Below are positions 17,657-27,955 of a stretch of DNA of 64,000 nucleotides, in pieces. The stretch is from Candidatus Hydrothermarchaeum profundi (GTDB taxonomy: Archaea; Hydrothermarchaeota; Hydrothermarchaeia; Hydrothermarchaeales; Hydrothermarchaeaceae). Made by a program: the position numbers and the translations under genes. Where the stretch lies: assembly GCA_002011125.2 (NCBI GenBank), contig MTMF02000009.1:1288989-1352988 (forward strand), given 5' to 3'. Numbering within the stretch: the first letter of the stretch is position 1; every line of letters starts with the position of its first letter. The notes below the pieces were generated by a model. That model saw only the letters and a list, made by a program, of their open reading frames with translations. It made no database searches and had not been told where the DNA came from.

Positions 17657-18757
17657 ATGCGAGCTAACATTATCCAATTCCTATCAAATACATCTATAAT
17701 GGCATCTGCGTTATTCATACCTAACTATGCGCAGGAATTGGGTGCATCTAATGCTGACATAGGCTTAATAGGAGCAGCGTATGGTTCAGCGATTTTCCTT
17801 TCCTCCTACATCTTTGGAAGAGCATCCGATATGAGAGACAGAAGAAGTTTTCTAAAATGGGGGCTTTTCGTATCGACTATAACATTTCTTCTGCAAGTGT
17901 TGGCGTATGATGCTCTCTCGCTTATGTTCCTCAGGGCGTTGGTCGGCTTTTCCATGGGAATATTTATGGCACCACTAGTAGCATATACTTTCGAGTCTGG
18001 GGGGAGGTTAGGGGCTTTTAGCGCATATGGATCACTTGGCTGGGCGGCAGGGAGCATACTCGCAGGCGGAATAGCTCAAGTGGGAGAAAACTTTAGCCAC
18101 ATTCATAAACTTTTACCTTATTGGGTAGTATTCATATTCTGTTCTATATTCTTTTTAATATCCCTAATAATATCTCTAAACCTCCCAGAGGTCACTATAA
18201 AAAGAACCCAGGTCCCCCTTTTTCCGTTTCATTTGATACGTAAAAATGCGTTCGTCTATTTCCCAGTTCTACTACGACATCTTGGTGCATTCTCGATATG
18301 GATAGTCTTTCCTCTATATCTTACAGAGCTAGGAGCGAATAAAATGTGGATAGGTGTCCTTTACTTTATTAACATGGGAACCCAGTTCATGGTAATGCGC
18401 AAGCTTGACCTAAAAGATGATGTAATGCTTATTAAATCTGGATTAGCATTATCTGCGTTCACTTTCTTCTCTTATTCATTGGCTGGAAGTTTTTATCAGG
18501 TGATCCCTATCCAAGTTTTATTGGCATTCTCATATTCGTGCTTGTATGTGGGCTCACTTCTGTTTTTAACTCGGAATAATGAAGAGAAAGCCACTACAGT
18601 AGGGATACTTAACTCTTTCATGAGTATCTCTGCATCTGTTGGCCCATTGTTTGGGGGATTTATCTCGGAGTTATGGGGGTATACCTCTGTACTTTACTTT
18701 GCTACGACTTTGGCCGTCTTTGGTCTATTTACAAATCTAATTCAAAGACATTCTTAA
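17657..18757 (+). CDS. MFS transporter
   Basis: About 12 hydrophobic segments; motif A FGRASDMRDRR. Confidence 0.9.
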   Translation: MRANIIQFLSNTSIMASALFIPNYAQELGASNADIGLIGAAYGSAIFLSSYIFGRASDMRDRRSFLKWGLFVSTITFLLQVLAYDALSLMFLRALVGFSMGIFMAPLVAYTFESGGRLGAFSAYGSLGWAAGSILAGGIAQVGENFSHIHKLLPYWVVFIFCSIFFLISLIISLNLPEVTIKRTQVPLFPFHLIRKNAFVYFPVLLRHLGAFSIWIVFPLYLTELGANKMWIGVLYFINMGTQFMVMRKLDLKDDVMLIKSGLALSAFTFFSYSLAGSFYQVIPIQVLLAFSYSCLYVGSLLFLTRNNEEKATTVGILNSFMSISASVGPLFGGFISELWGYTSVLYFATTLAVFGLFTNLIQRHS

Positions 18758-20180
18758 GGGAATAGGGGATTTCAGTTGCCAAATCGCTTGCATTAAATGC
18801 GTATCCTTTAGTTTTATATAATTCATCGCCAGCAAAACCATTAATGAAAGCAGCACAGCATGCAGCATCAAAAATATTAAGCCCTTGAGCAATAAAACTC
18901 CCTAAAACCCCTGCTAATACGTCACCTGTCCCGCCCACAGTCATTCCTGGATTTCCAGTTGAATTATACCTTACTGTCTTCCCGTCAGAGATTATATCTA
19001 TAGGTGATTTAAGCAGTATGGTACACGAAAGCTTTTTGGCCCACTGGCCCACTACTCTCCCTTTCTTCTCAAGACTTCCCTGAAGATTTTCCCCAGTAAG
19101 AATTCTAAACTCGCCTGAGTGAGGGGTAATTACAGTGTTCCCTTTTTTTAATACATCAGTATTGCTTTTTAGTGCTTTTATCCCATCTGCGTCTATTATT
19201 ACTGGGATCTTTAATCGTTTAAGCACTTCTAAAAAAGCGACCGCCGTTTCTTCTCTCATACCTAAGCCCGGTCCGATAACAATTGAGTCACATTCTTCAG
19301 CTAATTCTATGATCATGTCGACAGCACCGGAATTCAAAAATTCTCCAGAATACTTTCTAACTATTAAATCTGGTAAAAATGTTCTAGTTACGTGGAAATT
19401 GCATTCAGGGACAGCCAAAAAAACCAAATCTGCACCTGAATTTAAAGCACCTAACGCACTAAGAATAGGCGCTCCATAATATAATTCGCTTCCTCCGATG
19501 ACTAAGACTCTACCATAGTCTCCTTTATGGGACTCCTTTTCTCTTTTACCAAGATTTACAATAATATCCCCCGGACCTACATAACTCTCTGCTTCCGTTG
19601 GGATTCCTATATCCTTCACTACCGTTTTAAATTTCTCTAGACCTTTCTTCTTTTTATGTAAAGCAACAACTAAATCGGCATTAACACAAAAACCCTCTCC
19701 AGTATCTGTATTAAGTCCGCTGGGAACATCGATACTTACCTTAAATGCGTTCGAGGAGTTGATCTTCTCTACTAAAGATTTTACGGGCTCACGGAGCTGT
19801 CCTTTAACTCCAGTACCTAGGAGGGCGTCAACTATAATATCGGCCTCTGTGTCTACATCTTCTAAAATAAAGATCCCTTCATGCTTCTTGGCTAATTCGT
19901 AGTATTTTCTAGCTTCTCGGCTTTTAGGCGTTTTTCCAGCGAGGTAAATGTATACTCTAGCCCCTGCATCCGCAAGGTATCTCGCAGCTGCAAACCCGTC
20001 CCCTCCATTATTCCCTGTACCACAGAAAAGCAAGACTTTTTTATTTCTTAAGTCGATTCTATCCTTTATGACATCTGCTATTGCCCTACCCGCATTATCC
20101 ATGAGTCTTTCAGTAGGAACTCCAAGATAAGCTGAGTTTAGGTCAATTATCTTTGTTTGCTTGTGTGTGATGTACTCCAT
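18729..20180 (-). CDS. nnr: Bifunctional NAD(P)H-hydrate epimerase/dehydratase
   Basis: GTGNNGGDG, DALLGTG, DVPSG; HKGDYG, IDADG, TPH.GEF, GGTGDVLAG. Confidence 0.95.
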   Translation of the reverse strand: MEYITHKQTKIIDLNSAYLGVPTERLMDNAGRAIADVIKDRIDLRNKKVLLFCGTGNNGGDGFAAARYLADAGARVYIYLAGKTPKSREARKYYELAKKHEGIFILEDVDTEADIIVDALLGTGVKGQLREPVKSLVEKINSSNAFKVSIDVPSGLNTDTGEGFCVNADLVVALHKKKKGLEKFKTVVKDIGIPTEAESYVGPGDIIVNLGKREKESHKGDYGRVLVIGGSELYYGAPILSALGALNSGADLVFLAVPECNFHVTRTFLPDLIVRKYSGEFLNSGAVDMIIELAEECDSIVIGPGLGMREETAVAFLEVLKRLKIPVIIDADGIKALKSNTDVLKKGNTVITPHSGEFRILTGENLQGSLEKKGRVVGQWAKKLSCTILLKSPIDIISDGKTVRYNSTGNPGMTVGGTGDVLAGVLGSFIAQGLNIFDAACCAAFINGFAGDELYKTKGYAFNASDLATEIPYSLKNVFELDL

Positions 20181-20315
20181 GCTAAATAGGTTACTCTACC
20201 TAAAAAATAAAGACTTCGCTAAAAACTATAAGTAAAATTTAAGTAGCCAAAAGATTCAATACTTGAAGTTCGAGGTATATCCAAAGAGGAGTCTGCTATC
20301 TGCCGAGGTAATATA

Positions 20316-20807
20316 ATGAATAAGGTAAGCTTTACTATGAGCTTTGTTATTCTTTACACTTTCTGGATACTTCTCTCTGGGTATTTTGATTTCGTGCATT
20401 TATCCCTTGGGGTAGTAAGTGCTCTATTAGTATCCTACACGTCTCATCATCTTTTAACTGGGGATGTACGGGCTGAAGATGTAAGTATCGAGATGAAAAG
20501 GATTATACGCTTTTTTTTATATTTACCTTGGTTATTCTATCAGATTACCCTTGCAAATATAGATGTTGCATACCGAGTCCTCCATCCCAAGATGCCTATT
20601 GATCCGAGGATATTGAGATTTAAGACGGACCTGAAAACGGATATTGGGCTTACCACTCTAGCAAATTCTATAACGCTTACTCCTGGGACAGTAACGATTG
20701 ATATAAAGGATGGAGAGTTTTTTGTACACGCGATCTCTGAAGAGTCGGCCGAGAGTTTACTCTCAGGTGAAATGCAAATGAGAGTGAAAAATATAGAGGG
20801 TGACTGA
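20316..20807 (+). CDS. mnhE: Mrp/Mnh antiporter subunit E
   Basis: ANIDVA, LANSITLTPGT, FFVHAI. Confidence 0.92.
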   Translation: MNKVSFTMSFVILYTFWILLSGYFDFVHLSLGVVSALLVSYTSHHLLTGDVRAEDVSIEMKRIIRFFLYLPWLFYQITLANIDVAYRVLHPKMPIDPRILRFKTDLKTDIGLTTLANSITLTPGTVTIDIKDGEFFVHAISEESAESLLSGEMQMRVKNIEGD

Positions 20808-21063
20808 AATGTTCTTACAGGTTGCGCTTGTAATTGTTTTTTCATCAATTATAGCACTTTATAGGGCTATCTCAGGGCCTACGATATATGATCGAGTTCT
20901 GGCTGTGAATGTTATAGGCACAAAAACAGTTCTAGTACTTGTATTGGTTGAATTCATTTATGAGAGACCGGAGTTTTTAGACATAGCCCTAGTATATGCG
21001 ATCATAAACTTCATTGGGACCATTGCATTTCTCAAATACATTGAAAAAGGAGGACTTACATAA
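20800..21063 (+). CDS. mnhF: Mrp/Mnh antiporter subunit F
   Basis: GPTIYDRVLA, LDIALVYA. Confidence 0.92.
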   Translation: MTEMFLQVALVIVFSSIIALYRAISGPTIYDRVLAVNVIGTKTVLVLVLVEFIYERPEFLDIALVYAIINFIGTIAFLKYIEKGGLT

Positions 21064-21380
21064 TGGACCTAGTAAACGTTATCTCATATTCCCTCTTCGC
21101 TATCGGAAGTTTTTTCCTTGTCGTAGCAGCAATCGGTATTGTTAGACTGCCTGATTTCTATACTAGGATGCATGCAGCTGGAAAATCTGATACGCTAGGA
21201 CAATCCTTAATTCTTTTAGGCTTGATAATTCATGAGGGAGCGTCTTTTATAAGTATTAAGATATTCTTCATTATTCTATTCATTTTTATTGCTAATCCCA
21301 CGGCCACTCATGCAGTAGCAAAAGCAGCATTCCTCTCAGAGTTAGCGCCTTGGAAAAAAGATGGAGGAAAAGAGCGATGA
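21063..21380 (+). CDS. mnhG: Mrp/Mnh antiporter subunit G
   Basis: RLPDFYTRMHAAGK.DTLG, NPTATHA. Confidence 0.92.
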   Translation: MDLVNVISYSLFAIGSFFLVVAAIGIVRLPDFYTRMHAAGKSDTLGQSLILLGLIIHEGASFISIKIFFIILFIFIANPTATHAVAKAAFLSELAPWKKDGGKER

Positions 21381-21619
21381 TTTGGGGAATAGATTTGCCG
21401 TTGCTTTTTTTCCTTGTAGTTTGCGCAGCGGTCGCTGTGCATGTTAAGGATCTTTTAGGTTCTACTCTTATTTTGTCAGTTTACAGCCTTATTATGGCAA
21501 TTATATGGACGGAGTTGAACTCGGTAGATGTAGCGTTTACAGAAGCAAGCGTAGGCGCTGGGATAACCACCATACTATTTATTGCTGCAATTAGCAGGAC
21601 TAGGAGGATGGAAGAATAA
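21377..21619 (+). CDS. Mrp-associated DUF4040 subunit (split MnhA/B piece)
   Basis: DVAFTEASVGAG motif; start refined to the ATGA overlap. Confidence 0.85.
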   Translation: MIWGIDLPLLFFLVVCAAVAVHVKDLLGSTLILSVYSLIMAIIWTELNSVDVAFTEASVGAGITTILFIAAISRTRRMEE

Positions 21620-21897
21620 TGAAATTACTCCCAATTTTTGTTGTTATTATAATGGGCGCGGCTCTAATATATGGCACGATTGATATGCCTAATTTCGGGG
21701 ATCCTAATGCGCCTGCAAATCTGCATGTAGCACCGAGATATATCGAAAAGTCTCTTGAAGAAACAGGAGTCCCTAATATGGTTACAGCAGTACTCGCTAG
21801 TTACAGAGGTTATGATACCCTTGGGGAAACTACTGTTATATTTACGGCAGGAGCTTCTGTAGGGCTTTTGTTGAGGAGGAAGAAATGGACGAGGTAG
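21619..21897 (+). CDS. Mrp subunit B-like N-terminal piece (MbhE-like)
   Basis: PNMVTAVLASYRGYDTLGE motif; ends in TAG. Confidence 0.85.
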   Translation: MKLLPIFVVIIMGAALIYGTIDMPNFGDPNAPANLHVAPRYIEKSLEETGVPNMVTAVLASYRGYDTLGETTVIFTAGASVGLLLRRKKWTR

Positions 21898-22367
21898 ATG
21901 AACATGTTACTGTAACCGGGGAAAGTGTTATCGTAAGACCCGTAGAGGAACTTTACATAATTAGGAGAATAATTGCGAGGATAATGGTGCCTCTCACTCA
22001 ATTATACGGCCTTTATGTGATAATGCATGGTGAGGGGGGTCCCGGCGGAGGATTTCAAGGGGGGGTAATCCTTGGTTCCGCTACGATTTTATATGTTTTA
22101 GTCTTCGGAGTGGACGAAGCTAAAAAAAGGATCTCTGAAAGTCTAAATAATCTTATGAAAAGTACGGGAGTATTAATATACGCAGGTATAGGATTACTTT
22201 GCATAATTTTTGGTGGATACTACTTAGAATATTACGCCCTTCCTTTAGGTCACCCAGAAAAAGCGAGCGAGCTAGGTATCCTTGGGGTTGAGATAGGGAT
22301 AGGAATAACAGTTTCTGCTGTGATGATATCGATATTTTTCGACTTAGCTGAGAGGTTTGAGAAATGA
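21885..22367 (+). CDS. mnhB: Mrp/Mnh antiporter subunit B
   Basis: HGEGGPGGGFQGG, EIGIGITV. Confidence 0.9.
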   Translation: MDEVDEHVTVTGESVIVRPVEELYIIRRIIARIMVPLTQLYGLYVIMHGEGGPGGGFQGGVILGSATILYVLVFGVDEAKKRISESLNNLMKSTGVLIYAGIGLLCIIFGGYYLEYYALPLGHPEKASELGILGVEIGIGITVSAVMISIFFDLAERFEK

Positions 22368-22726
22368 TTGAGTTTATCCTTGGCAAGTATAATTACTGGA
22401 TCTACATCATACTTATGATGATCGGATTTTACGCTATGATTGCCAAGAATAACCTAGTAAAAAAGATTATTGGCATGAATATATTTCAAACGGCCGTGTT
22501 TCTTTTCTATATATCTATTGGCGATGTCAAAGGGGGAACTGCTCCGATAGTATGGGAGGGCATGGAGAAGGTTATATATGTAAATCCTGTACCGCATGTG
22601 TTAATTCTAACGGCGATAGTTGTAGCTGTTAGCACGACTGCGGTCACACTTGCTGTTGTAATCAGAATATATGAAGAATTCGGCACTATCGAAGAAGATC
22701 GAATATTGGAGGCTTTGGAAGATTGA
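22364..22726 (+). CDS. mnhC: Mrp/Mnh antiporter subunit C
   Basis: NLVKKIIG, NPVPHVLILTAIVV. Confidence 0.92.
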   Translation: MIEFILGKYNYWIYIILMMIGFYAMIAKNNLVKKIIGMNIFQTAVFLFYISIGDVKGGTAPIVWEGMEKVIYVNPVPHVLILTAIVVAVSTTAVTLAVVIRIYEEFGTIEEDRILEALED

Positions 22727-24213
22727 TTACTGAACACTTCCCCATATTACTAATAGTTGTCCCGCTCACCTCGGCCTTGTCTACTCCCCTAATAGGTACT
22801 TTAAACAAAAAATATTGTTGGTATACCGCCATTTTCAGCATTTCTTTATCCCTTTTTATGTCACTTTATATTTTGAACGCAGTTATGCACACAGGTAGAA
22901 TAAGTTACTGGCTTGGTAATTGGGAGCCCCCATATGGAATCGAATATGCTATAGATTACTTGAATTCATATGTACTCGTTATAGTTACTTTTATCGCTTT
23001 AGCTGTAACAATTTATTCTAAATGGAGTGTAGAAAAGGAGCTGCCTGAGAAAACAGTTCTATTTTATACTGTATATCTTCTTTTAATAACAGGATTATTA
23101 GGGATAACTATAACAGGAGACATATTTAACCTATATGTATTCCTAGAGATAACATCTTTATCCGCTTATACACTAGTTGCTATCGGGAAAAAGAGGAACG
23201 CGTTAGTTGCAAGTTATAATTACGCTATTTTAGGCACCATATCCGCCACTTTCATACTCATTGCTATAGGGTACCTCTACATGGTTACTGGTACACTGAA
23301 TATGGCGGATTTGTCAACAAAACTCCCTCCTCTATACGATTCAAAAGTTGTCCTTACAGCGCTGGCATTTTTCATGGCAGGCTTCAGCATAAAAGTAGCT
23401 TTGTTCCCACTCCATGTTTGGTTGCCAGATGCATATACTCATGCACCCTCCGTGGTCAGTGCTATACTTGCAGCTACCTCTACCAAAGTAGCGGCCTATG
23501 CGATGATACGGGTAATGTTCACAGTCTTTAGCCCAGAGTTTATTATAGTGAGAGTTAATATAACTCACATACTCTCTTGGATAGCGGCCTTCGCGATAAT
23601 AGTTGGTTCTGTATTGGCGATTGCCCAAGTGGATATCAAAAAAATGCTTGCATATTCTAGCGTAGCACAGATAGGCTACATCATGCTTGGAATAGGTCTC
23701 TCTACAAAACTTAGCGTCACTGGGGGCATACTCCACATTTTGAATCACGCATTAATGAAAGCAACGCTTTTTTTAGTTGCTGGAGCTGTCATATATAAAA
23801 CCGGAATAAGAAACATAGAGGAATACAGAGGTTTACGTAGAGAAATGCCGCTGACAATGCTTGCATTTACTATCGCAGCTCTCTCTATGATCGGAGTACC
23901 CGGAACGGTGGGTTTTGTCAGTAAATGGTATCTCCTTTTAGGAGCATTACACGAAGGTAAGTGGGTATTTGCGTTAGTTCTGATTTTGAGTAGCTTATTA
24001 ATGCTTGTTTACTTTTGGAGAGTTATAGAAAATATATATTTCCCGAAAATGCATGTTGCAGTTGCGATGGATGGAGGAGATAAAAAGAAAGAATTACCAT
24101 ACACTATGTTAGTACCAATATTGATCTTAGCGCTACTTTGCATAGCCCTCGGGATACTTGCGTTTATTCCTCTAAAAATTGTAGGTATGATCTCTCAGAT
24201 GTTGGTGGGGTAA
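22723..24213 (+). CDS. mnhD: Mrp/Mnh antiporter subunit D (copy 1)
   Basis: TGDIFNLYVFLEI, KVALFPLHVWLPDAY, KKMLAYSS, NHALMK. Confidence 0.9.
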   Translation: MITEHFPILLIVVPLTSALSTPLIGTLNKKYCWYTAIFSISLSLFMSLYILNAVMHTGRISYWLGNWEPPYGIEYAIDYLNSYVLVIVTFIALAVTIYSKWSVEKELPEKTVLFYTVYLLLITGLLGITITGDIFNLYVFLEITSLSAYTLVAIGKKRNALVASYNYAILGTISATFILIAIGYLYMVTGTLNMADLSTKLPPLYDSKVVLTALAFFMAGFSIKVALFPLHVWLPDAYTHAPSVVSAILAATSTKVAAYAMIRVMFTVFSPEFIIVRVNITHILSWIAAFAIIVGSVLAIAQVDIKKMLAYSSVAQIGYIMLGIGLSTKLSVTGGILHILNHALMKATLFLVAGAVIYKTGIRNIEEYRGLRREMPLTMLAFTIAALSMIGVPGTVGFVSKWYLLLGALHEGKWVFALVLILSSLLMLVYFWRVIENIYFPKMHVAVAMDGGDKKKELPYTMLVPILILALLCIALGILAFIPLKIVGMISQMLVG

Positions 24214-24214
24214 A

Positions 24215-25693
24215 ATGGAGATAGTTTCAATTAAACCACTATTGGCAATTCTGGTATCATTGGTCGGCTCTGGGCTTATAATAGCTTCTAGTAGAAATCC
24301 AAATCTAAGAGAAGGATGGACTATTCTTATATCCCTGGCTAAGTTCGCGATAGTTGCATCGATGGTTCCGACGGTTTTATCTGGAAATAAAATGGTTTAT
24401 ACTCTTATTGAATTATTTCCCGGTATTGAAATAAAATTCAGAGCCGATGCGTTTGGTGTATTCTTTGCTGTAACGGCTTCCTTTTTGTGGATTATTACTT
24501 CTTTGTATTCCATTGGGTATATGCGTTCACTAAATGAACATTCTCAGACACGTTATTTTGCAGCTTTTGCTATAGCTTTATCAGCAACCATAGGAATCGC
24601 CTTCGCAGCTAATCTTGTAACTTTGTTTATGTTTTATGAGCTTCTCACTCTAGTTACCTTTCCATTAGTCACTCACAAGGATACACCTGAAGCTCGGCAA
24701 GCTGGAAGAAAATATTTGGCATATCTCCTTGGAACTTCTATTGCGTTCCAATTGTTTGCAATTGTTTTGACATATACATTTGCTGGTACACTCGAATTTT
24801 CTGAAGGAGGGATTTTAAGGGGTGCTGCACCTCCTTTAGTGTTAACACTCATATATTTCCTATTTATCGCAGGCTTTGCAAAGGCCGCTATAATGCCTCT
24901 CCATTCTTGGTTACCAACGGCCATGATAGCGCCAACCCCTGTAAGCGCATTGCTCCATGCAGTAGCCGTTGTCAAAGCAGGCGTATTTTCTATACTTAGA
25001 ATAATATTCTACATATATGGGGTAGACCTAATGAGCAGTCTAAATCTAGGTATACTCACTGCTTACTTTGTTTCTTTCACTATAATAGTAGCTTCTTTAT
25101 TTGCATTAACTCAGGATAACTTAAAGCTCAGGCTTGCTTACTCGACTATTAGCCAGCTTTCTTATGTTATTCTGGGAGCAGCTTTGTTAACAACTAGTGG
25201 TATGATTGGGGGGATTATGCATATAGCGGTTCATGCTTTTTCAAAGATAACCCTCTTCTTCTGTGCAGGCTCTATATACGTAGCATCCCATAAAACTAAC
25301 ATAAGCGAGTTGAGTGGTATTGGTAAAAAAATGCCATTAACTATGCTCGCTTTTACCGTAGGTTCTCTTAGCATGGTAGGTGTACCACCAGTAGCAGGGT
25401 TCATCAGCAAGTGGTATCTTCTGTTAGGGTCTGCCGAAGCACATAATATGTTGCTAATTATCGTATTATTATCTAGTTCGCTGTTAAATGCGGCTTACTT
25501 CTTTCCCATTGTCTGCAAAGCATTCTTCGAAGAACCAGCTGAAACTTTTGATGGAGAAGAAATTAAAGAAGCTCCCCTGTTTGTAGTAATCCCATTAATA
25601 TTAACGGCGATAGGCTCAATAATCCTATTCTTCTATCCTCAACCTTTCCTCAGAATAGCTTACGTAGTCGTTCAAAATGTTATAGGGGGCTAA
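24215..25693 (+). CDS. Mrp/Mnh antiporter subunit D-like (copy 2)
   Basis: PLHSWLP.AM.APTPVSALLHAVAVVKAG, RLAYSTISQLSY. Confidence 0.88.
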   Translation: MEIVSIKPLLAILVSLVGSGLIIASSRNPNLREGWTILISLAKFAIVASMVPTVLSGNKMVYTLIELFPGIEIKFRADAFGVFFAVTASFLWIITSLYSIGYMRSLNEHSQTRYFAAFAIALSATIGIAFAANLVTLFMFYELLTLVTFPLVTHKDTPEARQAGRKYLAYLLGTSIAFQLFAIVLTYTFAGTLEFSEGGILRGAAPPLVLTLIYFLFIAGFAKAAIMPLHSWLPTAMIAPTPVSALLHAVAVVKAGVFSILRIIFYIYGVDLMSSLNLGILTAYFVSFTIIVASLFALTQDNLKLRLAYSTISQLSYVILGAALLTTSGMIGGIMHIAVHAFSKITLFFCAGSIYVASHKTNISELSGIGKKMPLTMLAFTVGSLSMVGVPPVAGFISKWYLLLGSAEAHNMLLIIVLLSSSLLNAAYFFPIVCKAFFEEPAETFDGEEIKEAPLFVVIPLILTAIGSIILFFYPQPFLRIAYVVVQNVIGG

Positions 25694-25694
25694 T

Positions 25695-25934
25695 ATGAGG
25701 GAAATAAATTATTTCGATAAACCAAAAAACATCCGAAAACTGAAGATATTGTTCTATTCTAGTCTTGCATTAGTAGTGCTAATGGACCTTTTCTTCCAAA
25801 GGCATGTTAGATTCTCATGGGACAGGATACCCGGAATATATGCGTTATATGGATTTGTTTCATGTGTTTTGATAATATTCTTCTCAAAAGCATTAGGTAT
25901 ATTGATTAAGAGGAGTGAGGATTACTATGATTAA
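25695..25934 (+). CDS. Small two-TM protein of the Mrp operon
   Basis: FDKPKNI...PGIYALYGF..C...KR.EDYYD; translationally coupled to its neighbours. Confidence 0.75.
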   Translation: MREINYFDKPKNIRKLKILFYSSLALVVLMDLFFQRHVRFSWDRIPGIYALYGFVSCVLIIFFSKALGILIKRSEDYYD

Positions 25935-27741
25935 CTGGGTCCCCCCTGCTGTAATATTCATAGTCGGAGGGCTTTTTACTCCTCTCTTTAAAGGTAGGGT
26001 GAGGAAAGCTTACTTGATGATAGTGCCCTTTGTGGCATTTATAAACCTTCTATTAATGTCCGAAGGAACAAATTGGGTTGTCAATTTTTTAGGCTATGAA
26101 CTAATTTTTGGAAAGGTTGATAAGCTGAGCATGGTCTTTGGGTATATTTTTGTAATTATGGGCTTCTCTGGGATACTTTATGCTCTAAATGTTGAAAATA
26201 TTGGAGAACATATGGCCGCTTTCTTTTATATTGGGAGCGCTCTGGGAGTTGTATTTTCAGGGGACTACTTTTCTCTATTCGTATTCTGGGAAATAATGGC
26301 TTTTGCTTCCGTTCTTCTCATATGGTATAGAAAGAGAAAGGCTTCTTTAAGCGCAGGATTCAGGTATATCCTGGTTCACATAGTTGGAGGACTTTGCTTA
26401 CTTGGAGGGATTATATTACATTTTGTCAGTACCGGCTCTATTGAATTTGGAAGCATCGCTGAAAAAACCTTGGCAAGTTATCTTATTTTAATAGGATTTC
26501 TATTGAACGCGGCGGTACCTCCCCTATCTGCATGGTTACCGGATGCGTATCCAGAGTCAACTTATAGTGGAGGAGTGTTTCTTAGCGCTTTTACGACAAA
26601 AACCGCTGTTTATGTTCTCCTGAGAGCATTCGTAGGTTGGGAGTTACTCATATACCTTGGTACAATCATGACCCTCTACGGTATTGTATACGCTATACTT
26701 GAGAATGATATGAGGAGGATACTTGCTTACAGCATAATTAACCAGGTAGGATTCATGGTTGTGGGAGCTGGAATTGGAACACAAATGGCGATAAATGGAG
26801 CAGCTGCCCATGCCTTTACGCATATACTCTATAAGGGGCTTCTCTGGATGTCAGCGGGCTCCGTACTCTATATGACTGGGAAGAGCAAATGTACTGATCT
26901 TGGAGGGTTGTATAGGACCATGCCTCTAACCCTTATTTTTTGTATGGTTGGTGCTTTATCTATTTCTGCGTTCCCTCTTTTTAGCGGTTTTGTTAGTAAA
27001 TCCATGACTATAGAGGCTGCGGTCGAAGAGCATTTAACATTTATTTGGATTTTACTTATGGTTGCCTCGGCAGGTGTCTTCTTACATGCTGGTATAAAGT
27101 TTCCATACTTCGTATTTTTTGCAAAAGATTCTGGAATAAGAGTGAGGGATCCTCCAGTAAACATGTTATTGGCTATGGGTTTTGTATCGTTTCTTTGTAT
27201 ATTCTTGGGGGTTTATCCAAAGCCTCTTTACAATATTCTCCCATATCCTGTAGATTATGCGCCTTATACTGCTGATCATATTATTGAAACATTGCAACTT
27301 TTGTTATTCTCAGCATTAGCGTTTTTCATATTTTTAGGTTATCTTAAAAGGACAGAAACGATTACTCTCGACACCGATTGGTTCTATAGAACAGGTGCTA
27401 AGGCTTTTCTCTGGTTCGTTAACTATCCGTTATCTACTTTTTCAGCGAGAATTGGAGAGATTTTCTTTAAAACCTTACCTTCTGCTCTCGGAAAAATCGG
27501 TAGAAATCCTGTAGCAGTAGTGCAAATATTAATTGATGAAATCTATTTAACATTCTTAAAAGCAGTACACCATTTTTCAAGGACATTTTTAAGGAGAGAA
27601 TGGATTGAAGTAAAGAGAAGACTTGCAAAAGAAAGAAAAGTCTATCCAAGAGAGGTTGTTAGAAGAAGCCCCATTGGAACTGCGGTTTTACTAATTACTC
27701 TTTTCCTCTTTATATACCTCTTGGACTTGGTTGTAATTTAA
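25927..27741 (+). CDS. Mrp/Mnh antiporter subunit D-like (copy 3)
   Basis: WLPDAYPEST..G.VFLSAFTTKTAVY, RRILAYSIINQVG; start refined. Confidence 0.88.
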   Translation: MINWVPPAVIFIVGGLFTPLFKGRVRKAYLMIVPFVAFINLLLMSEGTNWVVNFLGYELIFGKVDKLSMVFGYIFVIMGFSGILYALNVENIGEHMAAFFYIGSALGVVFSGDYFSLFVFWEIMAFASVLLIWYRKRKASLSAGFRYILVHIVGGLCLLGGIILHFVSTGSIEFGSIAEKTLASYLILIGFLLNAAVPPLSAWLPDAYPESTYSGGVFLSAFTTKTAVYVLLRAFVGWELLIYLGTIMTLYGIVYAILENDMRRILAYSIINQVGFMVVGAGIGTQMAINGAAAHAFTHILYKGLLWMSAGSVLYMTGKSKCTDLGGLYRTMPLTLIFCMVGALSISAFPLFSGFVSKSMTIEAAVEEHLTFIWILLMVASAGVFLHAGIKFPYFVFFAKDSGIRVRDPPVNMLLAMGFVSFLCIFLGVYPKPLYNILPYPVDYAPYTADHIIETLQLLLFSALAFFIFLGYLKRTETITLDTDWFYRTGAKAFLWFVNYPLSTFSARIGEIFFKTLPSALGKIGRNPVAVVQILIDEIYLTFLKAVHHFSRTFLRREWIEVKRRLAKERKVYPREVVRRSPIGTAVLLITLFLFIYLLDLVVI

Positions 27742-27758
27742 TTAAGTTGATATCCTGT

Positions 27759-27944
27759 CTACTTAGTTTCTGATCTCAGAACTTCATATCCCGGCCAACA
27801 GCAATTGCATTTTCTTTTTAAGAAAACTGGAAGGAACTTGTGATAAAGTTCTGTTTGGACTCCTTTTTCTTGTAATATCTCTATTTCTTTCTCCTCTGCA
27901 ACACGTCTTCTTATTTCGTCAACATAGACCCTATTAACACCCAT
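27759..27944 (-). CDS. Hypothetical small protein with CNCC motif
   Basis: 61 aa ORF, GTGA SD-like upstream, follows 27956..28213; TAG stop. Confidence 0.5.
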   Translation of the reverse strand: MGVNRVYVDEIRRRVAEEKEIEILQEKGVQTELYHKFLPVFLKRKCNCCWPGYEVLRSETK

Positions 27945-27955
27945 TCTTTATCACT

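Noticed and set aside
20316-27741. Mbh/Mbx hydrogenase-type complex
   Set aside because: Only antiporter subunits are present; no NuoB/C/D/H/I-like genes in this operon
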